A DNA stretch of 64,000 bases from Neocallimastix sp. 'constans' (lineage: Eukaryota), in contig JBODTK010000015.1 in assembly GCA_050613775.1 (NCBI GenBank), forward strand, positions 930,001-994,000, given 5' to 3'. Position 1 is the stretch's first letter; each line of letters begins with the position of its first letter. This document shows, piece by piece, positions 11,940 to 24,450 of the stretch. The position numbers were made by a program, and so were the translations under genes. Below the pieces are notes generated by a model. It did no database searches, was not told where the DNA came from, and saw only the letters and a list, made by a program, of their open reading frames with translations.

Positions 11940-14900
11940 CTAATTTATATGTGCACCATAATTTAATAAATATCTTCTTATATCATAATTGATTCTTTGA
12001 TTCGCATAAAATAATGATGTTTTTCCATATTTATTTTCTTTATTTATATCAGCTCCATTTTCTACTAAGTATGCTACTAAATCTTTATTTTCACTCTTAA
12101 TTGCCTTAAATAATGGTGTTTCACCATCTTCATTTTCTTTATTTATATCTGCTCTATGTTCTACCACTAAGTATTCTACTAAATCTTTATTTCCACTTTC
12201 ACATGCCTTAAATAATGGTGTTTCACCATCTTCATTTTCTTTATTTATATCTGCTCTATGTTCTACCACTAAGTATGCTACTAAATCTTTATTTCCACTT
12301 TCACATGCCTTAAATAATGGTGTTTCACCATATCTATTTTCTTTATTTATATCAGCTCCATGTTCTACTAAGTATTCTACTAAATCTTTATTTCCACTTT
12401 TACAGGCCTTAAATAATGGTGTTACACCAACTTCATCTTCTTTATTTATTTCTGCTCCATTTTCTACTAAGTATTCTACTAAATCTTTATTTCCACTTTC
12501 ACAGGCTTTAAATAATGGTGCTTCACCATCTTCATCTTCTTTATTTATATCTGTTCCATTTTCTACTAAGTATGCTACTAAATCTTTATTTCCACTTTTA
12601 ATTGCATTTAATAATGGTGTTTCACCATTCCGGTTTTCTTTATTTATATCTGCTCCATGTTCTACTACTAAGTATTCTACTAAATCTTTATTTCCACTCT
12701 TACATGCATTAAATAATGGTGTTTCAAGATATACATTTTCTTTATTTATATCTGCTCCATGTTTTATTAAATATTCTGCTAAATCTTTATTTCCACTTTC
12801 AACTGCCTTAAATAATGGTGTTTCACCATCTTCATTTTCTTTATTTATATCTGCTCCATGTTTTACTACTAAATAATCTAATAAATCTTTATTTCCACTT
12901 TTACATACGGAAAATAATGGCGTTTCATTGTATTCATTTTCTTTATTTATATCTACTCCATGTTCTAATATTAAATAATCTAATAAATCTTTATTTCCAC
13001 TTTTACATGCATTAAATAATGGTGTTTCACCACTCCATTTTTTTTTATTTACATTTGCTTTATGTTTTACTACTAAGTATTCTACTAATTCTTTATTTCC
13101 ACTTCCACATGCCTTAAATAATGGGGTTTCATCATCTTTATCTTCTTTATTTATATCTGTTCCATTTTCTATTAAGTAAGCTACTAAATCTTTATTTCCA
13201 CTTTCACAGGCCTTAAATAATGGTGTTTCACCATTCAAATTTTCTTTATTTATATCTGCTCCATGTTCTACCACTAAGTATTCTACTAAATATTTATTTC
13301 CACTTTTACATGCATTAAATAGTGGTGTCTCACCATATCTATTTTCTTTAATTATATCTATTCCATTTTCTACTAAGTATGCTACTAAATCTTTTTTTCC
13401 ACATTCAATTGCCTTAAATAATGGTGTTTCACCATCTTCATTTTCTTTATTTATATCAGCTCCATTTTCTATTAAGTATTCTACTAAATCTTTTTTTCCA
13501 CATTCAATTGCCTTAAATAATGGTGTTTCACCATCTTCATTTTCTTTATTTATATATGCTCCATGTTCTATTAAGTATTTTACTAAATCTTTTTTTCCAC
13601 TTTCACAGGCCTTAAATAATGGTGTTTCACCATTCCAATTTTCTTTATTTATATCTGCTCCATGTTCTACCACTAAGTATTCTACTAAATATTTATTTCC
13701 ACTTTTACATGCATTAAATAGTGGTGTCTCACCATATCTATTTTCTTTAATTATATCTATTCCATTTTCTACTAAGTATGCTACTAAATCTTTTTTTCCA
13801 CATTCAATTGCCTTAAATGATGATGTTTCACCATCTTCATTTTCTTTATTTATATCAGCTCCATTTTCTATTAAGTATTCTACTAAATCTTTTTTTCCAC
13901 ATTCAATTGCCTTAAATAATGATGTTTCACCATCTTCATTTTCTTTATTTATATCAGCTCCATTTTCTATTAAGTATTCTACTAAATCTTTTTTTCCACA
14001 TTCAATTGCCTTAAATAATGGTGTTTCACCATCTTCATTTTCTTTATTTATATATGCTCCATGTTCTATTAAGTATTTTACTAAATCTTTATTTCCACTT
14101 TCACAGGCCTTAAATAATGGTGTTACACCAACTTCATCTTTTTTATTTATTTCTGCTCCATGTTCCACTAAACATTCTACTAAATCTTTATTTCCACTTT
14201 TACATGCATTAAATAGTGGTGTTTCACCATATCTATTTTCTTTATTTATATCTATTCCATTTTCTACTAAGTGTGCTACTAAATCTTTATTTCCACTTTC
14301 ACAGGCCTTAAATAATGGTGTTTCACCATCTTCATCTTCTTTATTTATTTCTGCTCCATTTTCTATTAAGTATTCTACTAAATCTTTATTTCTAATTTCA
14401 ATTGCTTTAAATAATGGTGTTTCACCATCTTTATTTTTTTTATTAATATTTGCTCCATGTTTTATTAAGTATTTTACTAAATATTTATTTCTACTTTCAA
14501 TTGCTTCAAATAATGGTGTTTTCCCATCTTTATTTTTTTTATTAATATTTGCTCCATGTTTTATTAAGTATTTTACTAAATCTTTATTTCCACTTTTACA
14601 TGTATTAAATAGTGGTGTTTCACCATATTTATTTTCTTTATTTATATCTATTCCATTTTCTACTAAGTATGCTATTAAAAATTTATTTCCACTTTCACAG
14701 GCCTTAAATAATGGTGTTTCACCATTCCAGTTTTCTTTATTTATGTCTGCTCCATGTTCCACTAAACATTCTACTAAATCTTTATTTCCACTTTTACATG
14801 TATTAAATAGTGGTGTTTCACCAAATTTATTTTCTTTATTTATATCTGCTCCATTTTCTAATAAGTATACTACTAAATCTTTATTTCCACTTTCACAGGC

Positions 14901-17900
14901 CTTATATAATGGTGTTTCACCATATCTATTTTCTTTATTTATATCTGCTCCATGTTTTACTAAGCATTCTACTAAATCTTTATTTCCACTTTTAATTGCC
15001 CTAAATAATGGTGTTTCACCAAATTCATTTTCTTTATTTATATCTGCTCCATGTTTTACTAAGCATTCTACTAAATCTTTATTTCCACTTTTAATTACCC
15101 TAAATAATGGTGTTTCACCGATCCATTCTTTATTTATATCTGCTCCATGTTCTACTAAACATTCTACTAAATCTTTTTTTCCACTTTCAATTGCCTTAAA
15201 TAATGGTGTTTCAACAAATTCATTTACTTTATTTATATCTGCTCCATGTTCCACTAAACATTCTATTAAATCTTTATTTCCACTTTCACAGGCCTTAAAT
15301 AATGGTGTTTCACCATTCCAGTTTTCTTTATTTATATCTGCTCCATTTTCTAATAAGTATACTACTAAATCTTTATTTCCACTTTCACAGGCCTTATATA
15401 ATGGTGTTTCACCATATCTATTTTCTTTATTTATATCTGCTCCATGTTTTACTAAGCATTCTACTAAATCTTTATTTCCACTTTTAATTGCCCTAAATAA
15501 TGGTGTTTCACCAAATTCATTTTCTTTATTTATATCTGCTCCATGTTTTACTAAGCATTCTACTAAATCTTTATTTCCACTTTTAATTACCCTAAATAAT
15601 GGTGTTTCACCGATCCATTCTTTATTTATATCTGCTCCATGTTCTACTAAACATTCTACTAAATCTTTTTTTCCACTTTCAATTGCCTTAAATAATGGTG
15701 TTTCAACAAATTCATTTACTTTATTTATTTCTGCTCCATGTTCCACTAAACATTCTATTAAATCTTTATTTCCACTTTCACAGGCCTTAAATAATGGTGT
15801 TTCACCATTCCAGTTTTCTTTATTTATATCTGCTCCATGTTCCACTAAACATTCTATTAAATCTTTATTTCCACTTTCACAGGTCTTAAATAATGGCGTT
15901 TCACCATCTTCATTTTCTTTATTTATATCAGCTCCATTTTATACTAAGTATTCTACTAAATCTTTTTTTCCACATTCAATTGCCTTAAATAATGATGTTT
16001 CACCATCTTCATTTTCTTTATTTATATATGCTCCATGTTCTATTAAGTATTTTACTAAATCTTTTTTTCCACATTCAATTGCCTTAAATAATGATGTTTC
16101 ACCATATCTATTTTCTTTATTTATATCTGCTCCATTTTATACTAAGTATGCTACTAAATCTTTTTTTTTATTTCCACTTTTAACTGCCTTAAATAATGGT
16201 GTTTCACCATTTTTATTTTTTTTATTAATATTTGCTCCATGTTCCACTAAACATTCTACTAAATCTTTATTTCCACTTTCACAGGCCTTAAATAATGGTG
16301 TTTCACCATTCCAGTTTTCTTTATTTATTTCTGCTCCATATTCCACTAAACATTCTACTAAATCTTTATTTCCACTTTCACAGGCCTTAAATAATGGTGT
16401 TTCACCATCTTCATCTTCTTTATTTATTTCTGCTCCATTTTCTACTAAGTATTCTACTAAATCTTTATTTCTAATTTCAATTGCTTTAAATAATGGTGTT
16501 TCACCATCTTTATTTTTTTTATTAATATTTGCTCCATGTTTTATTAAGTATTTTACTAAATATTTATTTCTACTTTCAATTGCTTCAAATAATGGTGTTT
16601 TCCCATCTTTATTTTTTTTATTAATATTTGCTCCATGTTTTATTAAGTATTTTACTAAATATTTATTTCCACTTTTACATGTATTAAATAGTGGTGTTTC
16701 ACCATATTTATTTTCTTTATTTATATCTATTCCATTTTCTACTAAGTATGCTATTAAATATTTATTTCCACTTTCACAGGCCTTAAATAATGGTGTTTCA
16801 CCATTCCAATTTTCTTTATTTATATCTGCTCCATGTTCTACCACTAAGTATTCTACTAAATATTTATTTCCACTTTTACATGCATTAAATAGTGGTGTCT
16901 CACCATCTTCATTTTCTTTATTTATATCTATTCCATTTTCTACTAAGTATGCTACTAAATCTTTTTTTCCACATTCAATTGCCTTAAATAATGATGTTTC
17001 ACCATCTTCATTTTCTTTATTTATATCAGCTCCATTTTCTATTAAGTATTTTACTAAATCTTTATTTCCACTTTCACAAGCCTTAAATAATGGTGTTTCA
17101 CCATATCTATTTTCTTTATTTATATCTGCTCCATGTTCCACTAAACATTCTACTAAATCTTTATTTCCACTTTCACAGGCCTTAAATAATGGTGTTACAC
17201 CATCTTCATTTTCTTTATTTATTTCTGCTCCATGTTCCACTAAACATTCTACTAAACCTTTATTTCCACTTTTACATGCATTAAATAGTGGTGTTTTACC
17301 AAATCTATTTTCTTTATTTATATCTGCTCCATGTTCCACTAAACATTCTACTAAATCTTTATTTCCACTTTCACAGGCCTTAAATAATGGTGTTTCACCA
17401 TCTTCATTTTCTTTACTTATATCTGCTCTATGTTCTATCACTAAGTATTCTACTAAATCTTTATTTCCACTTTTACATGCCTTAATTAATGGTGTTTCAC
17501 CATCTTCATTTTCTTTATTTATATATGCTCTATGTTCTACCACTAAGTATTCTACTAAATCTTTATTTCCACTTTTAAATGCCTCAAATAATGGTATTTC
17601 ACCATATCTATTTTCTTTATTTATATCTGCTCCATTTTCTATTAAGTATTTTACTAAATCTTTATTTCCACTTTCAACTGCCTTAAATAATGGTGTTTTA
17701 CCATCTTCATCTTCTTTATTTATTTCTGCTCCATGTTCCACTAAACATTCTACTAAATCTTTATTTCCACTTTTACATGCATTAAATAGTGGTGTTTCAC
17801 CATATCTATTTTCTTTATTTATATCTATTCCATTTTCTACTAAGTATGCTACTAAATCTTTATTTCCACTTTCACAGGCCTTAAATAATGGTGTTTCACC

Positions 17901-19283
17901 AATCCATTTTTCTTTATTTGTATCTGCTCCATTTTCTACTAAGTATGATACTAAATCTTTATTTCCACTTTCACAGGCCTTATATAATGGTGTTTCACCA
18001 TATCTATTTTCTTTATTTATATCTGCTCCATGTTTTACTAAGCATTCTACTAAATCTTTATTTCCACTTTTAATTGCCCTAAATAATGGTGTTTCACCAA
18101 ATTCATTTTCTTTATTTATATCTGCTCCATGTTTTACTAAGCATTCTACTAAATCTTTATTTCCACTTTTAATTACCCTAAATAATGGTGTTTCACTGAT
18201 CCATTCTTTATTTATATCTGCTCCATGTTCTACTAAACATTCTACTAAATCTTTTTTTCCACTTTCAATTGCCTTAAATAATGGTGTTTCAACAAATTCA
18301 TTTACTTTATTTATTTCTGCTCCATGTTCCACTAAACATTCTATTAAATCTTTATTTCCACTTTCAATTGCCTTAAATAATGGTGTTTCACCATTCCAGT
18401 TTTCTTTATTTATATCTGCTCCATGTTCCACTAAACATTCTATTAAATCTTTATTTCCACTTTCACAGGTCTTAAATAATGGTGTTTCACCATCTTCATC
18501 TTCTTTATTTATTTCTGCTCCATGTTCCACTAAACATTCTACTAAATCTTTATTTCCACTTTCACAGGCCTTAAATAATGGTGTTTCACCATTCCAGTTT
18601 TCTTTATTTATATCAGCTCCATGTTCTACTAAGTATTCTACTAAATCTTTATTTCCACTTTCACAGGCCTTAAATAATGGTGTTTCACCAAATTTATTTT
18701 CTTTATTTATATCTGCTCCATTTTCTACTAAGTATGCTACTAAATCTTTATTTCCAATTTCAATTGCTTTAAATAATGGTGTTTCACCAAATTCATTTTT
18801 TTTATTAATATTTGCTCCATGTTCTATTAAGTATTTTACTAAATCAATATTTCTACTTTCACAAGCCTTAAATAAAGATATTTCACCATTCTTATAAGCT
18901 ATTTTACATAGAGCTACTCCATGTACTACTAAATATTTTAATAAATTTATATTTTCATTTTCGATTATAAAAATATTTTTATTATTTAATGTAATTTTAT
19001 ATTTGTCTTTAGAAATTTCATAATTTAAATTCTTAATAGGAGTTTTATTTTTATATAGAAAGAGTAAACATTTAATAAATTCATTATCATAAAATTTTGA
19101 ATTGTCGAAAATATTTTTTAAATCCTCTAAATTAGAATTCTTTATTAATTTTTTTATTTCAGAAGAAGTTATATATAAATCATTTTCTTGATTATTTGTT
19201 TCAGTTTTTAATCTTATAGAGGTATGTCTATTATTATTATATTCATTCGATTTTATATCTCTCTTCTTTTTACGTTTATTCAT
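11940..19283 (-). pseudogene. Giant ankyrin-repeat gene C: a single 7344-bp frame (~70 ANK repeats) interrupted by two in-frame TAA codons (16137-16139, 15939-15941)
   Basis: ORFs 16137..19283 and 11940..15845 are in the same frame, and the gap is continuous ANK repeat sequence. N-terminal domain at 19283 and C-cap (…YANQRINYDIRRYLLNYGAHIN*) at 11940. May be expressed as the 1048-aa truncated product. Confidence 0.85.
14831..15838. repeat. 492-bp (5 ANK unit) tandem duplication inside gene C; third copy at ~17925-18420
   Basis: Peptide block NWNGETP…NEFVETP…EWIGETP…NEFGETP…NRYGETPLYK occurs twice in tandem and once more upstream; mirror ORFs at 14810, 15302 and 17888 confirm offsets of 492 and 3078. 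Confidence 0.9.
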
Positions 19284-20278
19284 ATTACTTTTATTTGATA
19301 CCGTGCTTATTATTAATTTTTTTTATTATTTTTTTTTTTTTGTTCTATCTTTTTCCATCTGAAAATTAATTCTTTTTTTTATTTTTTTTTATTTTCAGCT
19401 AAAATAAATAAATATATAAATAATATTTATTAAAGCTATTGATTATATAATAAATAAATAAATTATTAATTTTTAAAAATAAAAAATTAAAATAGAAAAG
19501 AATTGTATTAATATTTATGATTGTATTATAAATTCATTCTATATAATACAATATATTTATATTTATATTTATATTTATATTTATACATTAAATAATTAAA
19601 ATAATTATAATAAATAGAAATAAAATTTAAAAAGAATATTCAATCGATTAAAAGAGATCTATGTCCGAAATAAATTATATATATATATATATTACTATTT
19701 TCATTTTTATTATTAATTTCATTATATTTAAAAAATTTTATATAAAAATAAAGTTTAACTATCAGAAAAAAAAAAAAAAAAAAAAAAAAAATCTTTTTTT
19801 TTTGAAATTTATAATTATAAATTTATAAAATTAATTATTAAAGTTTTTCTTTTAAAAAAAAAAAAAAAAAAATAAATTTAAAAATAGAATATTAACATAT
19901 TAACCCACCTTTTAAATTTATATTTATTTTAATTCTTTTCTTTTTATTTTTAAAAATGAATTTTAAAATTTATTTTTATTAAATAATAATTAAATAATAT
20001 ATTTATATAAAAATAAAAATATAATATAAAAAAAAAAAAAAAAAAAAAATTCATAATTTTAATAATATTTTATTTTTCAATTTTATTAATTTTTAAATTT
20101 ATTGTTTTTAATAATCTTTTATTACATAACATTTGTTTTTTTATAATTATTTAATATAAAAAAGAAAAAAGAAAGAGAGTTTGATAAACTTTCAGAATAA
20201 TCAAATACCAAACTGTAGTTTTCTTGTGGTATTTAAAGAATATGAACAAAAACTTCAAGGTATTCTTTCTCCGTACGT
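18306..20278. repeat. ~2.0-kb segmental duplication, copy 2
   Basis: Matches 9351-11325 up to ...tctccgtacgt, then switches into ankyrin gene D sequence. Confidence 0.92.
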
Positions 20279-21552
20279 AGATGTTTTTCCATATTTATTT
20301 TTTTTATTTATATCTGCTCTATGTTCTACCACTAAGTATTCTACTAAATCTTTATTTCCACTTTTACATGCCTTAAATAATGGTGTTTCACCATCTTCAT
20401 TTTCTTTATTTATATTTGCTCTATGTTCTAACACTAAGTATTCTACTAAATTTTTATTTCCACTTTTAATTGCTCTAAATAATGGTGTTTCACCGATCCA
20501 TTCTTTATTTATATCTGCTCCAAGTTCCACTAAACATTCTACTAAATCTTTATTTCCACTTTCAATTGCCTTAAATAATGGTGTTTCACCATCATCTTTA
20601 TTTTTTTTATTAATATTTGCTCCATGTTTTATTAAGTATTTTACTAAATCTTTATTTCTACTTTCAACTGCTTTAAATAATGGTGTTACACCAACTTCAT
20701 CTTTTTTATTTATTTTTGCTCCATGTTCCACTAAACATTCTACTAAATCTTTATTTCCACTTTTACATGCATTAAATAATGGTGTTTCACCATTCCAGTT
20801 TTCTTTATTTATATCTGCTCCATGTTCCACTAAACATTCTACTAAATCTTTATTTCCACTTTTACATGCATTAAATAATGGTGTTTCACCATTCCAGTTT
20901 TCTTTATTTATATCTGCTCCATGTTCCACTAAACATTCTTCTAAATCTTTTTTTCCACTTTTAATTGCCTTAAATAATGGTGTTGTACCATCTTCATTTT
21001 CTTTATTAATTTCTGCTCCATGTTCCACTAAACATTTTATTAAATCTTTATTTCCACCTTCACAGGCTTTAAATAATGGTGTTGTACCATCTTCATCTTC
21101 TTTATTTATATCTGCTCCATGTTCTACTACTAAGTATTCTACTAATTCTTTATTTCCATTTTCATGTGTATTAAATAATGGTGTTTAACCATCTTTATTT
21201 TCTTTATTTATTTCTGCTCCATTTTTTACTAAACATTCTACCAAATCTTTATTTCTATTTTCATAAGTCTTAAATAATAGTGCTTCTTTATACTTTTTTT
21301 TTAATATTTATATCTGATCTATTTTTTACTACAAAGTATTTTTCTAAATCTTTATTTCCATAATTCATTTGCATATAATAAAGGAATAAAGGTATTTCAT
21401 AATTCCGTTTTTCTTTATTTATATCTGCTCCATTTTCTATTAAAGTATTCTATTAAATCTTTATTTTCATTTTTACATGGGTTAAATAATGATGTTTCAC
21501 AATTTTTTTCTTCATTTATATCTTCTCCATTTTCAATAAGTATTCTATTAAA

Positions 21553-21555
<3 letters not shown>
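20255..21555 (-). pseudogene. Ankyrin-repeat gene D (>=12 repeats), lacking the N-terminal domain and C-cap
   Basis: ANK repeats from 20280 to ~21555; in-frame TAA at 21185-21187 (GET to G*T); frameshifts above ~21290; 5' end lost in a poly-T run; 3' end fused to unrelated sequence (…KYGKTS|TYGERIP*). Confidence 0.85.
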
Positions 21556-21612
<57 letters not shown>

Positions 21613-21927
21613 ATTTTTCCATTTATTTATTTTTATATTAATTTTTCCATTTTTTTTCCATTTCATTGATTTATGGAGTTAAAATGAAATTTATTAATAT
21701 TTTTATACTTTAATATTTTTATTCTTTAATATTTTTATTCTTTAATATTTTTATACTAATGTTCATCTTTTTTTTTTTTTTTTTTTTTTTTAATTTTTAT
21801 TTTTAAATATAGATACTGATTTAAAAAAAATTCTTCTTAATTCATTATAACTATTTATTTCGGATTTAAATTATTTTAATTTAATTATATTTCATCACAT
21901 AAAATGTTACAAATTGTCATATAAAAA

Positions 21928-21984
<57 letters not shown>

Positions 21985-22201
21985 TTAAAATATTATTATA
22001 AAAATATTATATATGATATTTTTATTTATTATTATTTTTATTATTTTCTTTAATGTTTTTTATTTTTTATTCTACATTTGTTTTGTTTGCATGGTTCAAA
22101 AGATTTTATAAAAAAAAAATTTTTTTTTAAATCCTAAATTATACGTTTTTTTTTTTTTTTTTTTTTTTTGATACGTTTTATTCCATAAATGAAATAAAAT
22201 G

Positions 22202-22241
22202 ATTAAAACTTTGTTAATATATATATTAACAAAGTTTTAAT
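22202..22241. repeat. Perfect 40-bp palindrome
   Basis: attaaaactttgttaatata|tatattaacaaagttttaat is exactly self-complementary. Confidence 0.95.
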
Positions 22242-22447
22242 ATATATATATATATTTAACATTTGTTATCATTTTTTTATTTATATTTTTTTTATTTTTT
22301 TTAATTTTCATTTGTAGAGCTTTTGGCTCCAATAAAAATTAAAATCACTAATAAAAAATTTTTATAATTATTAAAAAAATTTTTTTTATTTTATTTCTTT
22401 TTATTTATATTAAATAATATATAGATAAGTAAATAAATAGATTATTA

Positions 22448-22492
<45 letters not shown>

Positions 22493-23136
22493 ATATATTT
22501 AAAAACAAAAAAAATAAGTTATATACACACAAATCTTACTTAATAATTTTAAAAAATTTAATAATAGTTTTAATTTAGTTTTCAACAAAAGACTTTACTT
22601 TGATATAAATTATTAAAAAAGAAAATTATTAATTAACAAAAGTAACGTAAAAAAAAAAATAATTAAAATAAGAAATAAAAGAAAGGTGTTTTTTTTTTTT
22701 TTTTTTTATTTTTTAATTGGATTACCTATAATAAATACATAAAATTTAGAAAGTTAATGTCAATACTTTATAAATTTTAATAATTTTAAATACATTATTA
22801 AAATTATTTTGCCATAAAATTTATTAAATAGGAAATAGTTTTAAACCTTTTTTATAAAAAATTTAAATTTAAAATTATTTTATTTTGTTGAATAAAATAA
22901 AAAAAAAAAAAAAAAATCTTTGATATTAATACTGGTAGTAGAATAAAATTGAATTGTTGTATTTTATAAAAAAATATTTATAAACATAAATGTAAATTTC
23001 TATAAAATTTCTAATTAATTTATATTTTATATTATACATTTTATGTATTTTTTTTTTTTTTTTATAAAATATGTAATCCTCATTCCTGAATGAATTAGTG
23101 ATTTAATAAATTTGAGATTGAATTTTTTATTTTAAA

Positions 23137-23545
23137 ATGAGTACAGAAAAAGAATTAATAACACAGGAAAGAACCCAATTATTAAACAATTTTAGAAGTT
23201 CATTAGATGCCATTGTTCAAAAGGCTTCTCAAGATAGTAAGGTACCTATTACCGAGGAAGAACCACAACTTGAGAAGTTTTGTTCCACAATGGAAGGTAT
23301 TCTTCAATTTGGATTTAAACATGGTAAGATTAAGTAATTTTAATTTATTTTTATTTTTTTATTTTAGAGAAAAAAAAATATTATGCATATTTATTTTTGT
23401 GAATTGATTCTTTAATAAAAATATTAAAATTATTATTTATCTATTTATTTATTTAATAAATATATTTATATATAACGCTTTTATTTATTTATTTATTAAA
23501 TGTATTTATAACAAAAAACTAAATCAAATTAAACAAAAACATATA

Positions 23546-23627
<82 letters not shown>

Positions 23628-23915
23628 GAAAATAAAGACATTCCATTATTAGAAGATGTTTGGAATTTCATTTCTTCTACTTTAAAAAAAAATTCATTGG
23701 AAGACTTAGATAATGAACAACAAAATATAAAAACAAGTAATGATAGTATAAATATGAAAAAACAAGAAATAACAAGAAATATGTTAAGTATTGTTGATTA
23801 TGTCTCAAATTATTGTAAGGAGGAAAACGAAATAATATCTTCGGTTAAAATATGGATACAAGCTAGTTTGGTTCATCAGGTAAATTATTATATATTATTA
23901 TTATAATCATTTTTA

Positions 23916-23965
<50 letters not shown>

Positions 23966-24262
23966 TTATAACTGTTTATTATAATAATAATAATATATAT
24001 AATTTAATTAATTTAGAAAATATAAGAATTAAAAATTAAATAAATAAATAAAAAAGAAATTAGCCCAACATTATATTATTTCAAAAAAAAAAAAAAAAAA
24101 AAAAATAAAAAATAAAAAAAAATAAAAATAAAAATATATATTTATATATATAAATATTTAATTAATAATAATCTTATTTATATCTATATCAAGGTCTTTT
24201 CTTTACAATGGCAAATATTAATGAATGACGTTAAAGCTTTAAAGTAAATATTCTCTCTCTCT

Positions 24263-24313
<51 letters not shown>

Positions 24314-24413
24314 ATGATAAATAATTATAGTAAATAATAATAATAATAATAATAGTCAATTAATTATATTAAATATATTATATGTATATTATTTATTATT
24401 TATTATTAATTTT

Positions 24414-24450
<37 letters not shown>

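Noticed and set aside
14743..18897. 1384-aa plus-strand ORF (and 5222, 5609, 20181 etc.) antisense to the ankyrin genes
   Set aside because: Mirror frame of a repeated unit that happens to lack stops; no independent protein signature. It is useful only as confirmation that gene C has no frameshift there.
15939..21187. TAA recoded as Glu (three stops all at Glu positions)
   Set aside because: TAA is the normal terminator of neighbouring genes (e.g. 3533, 25203, 38701, 40296); GAA is abundant and one substitution from TAA.
4390..21555. Bacterial endosymbiont or giant-virus insertion, or a diversity-generating retroelement, as the source of the ankyrin cluster
   Set aside because: Spacers have host-like poly(A/T) composition; no reverse transcriptase, integrase, capsid or operon structure; variation is not evidently adenine-specific. 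An ancient horizontal origin cannot be excluded without a phylogeny.
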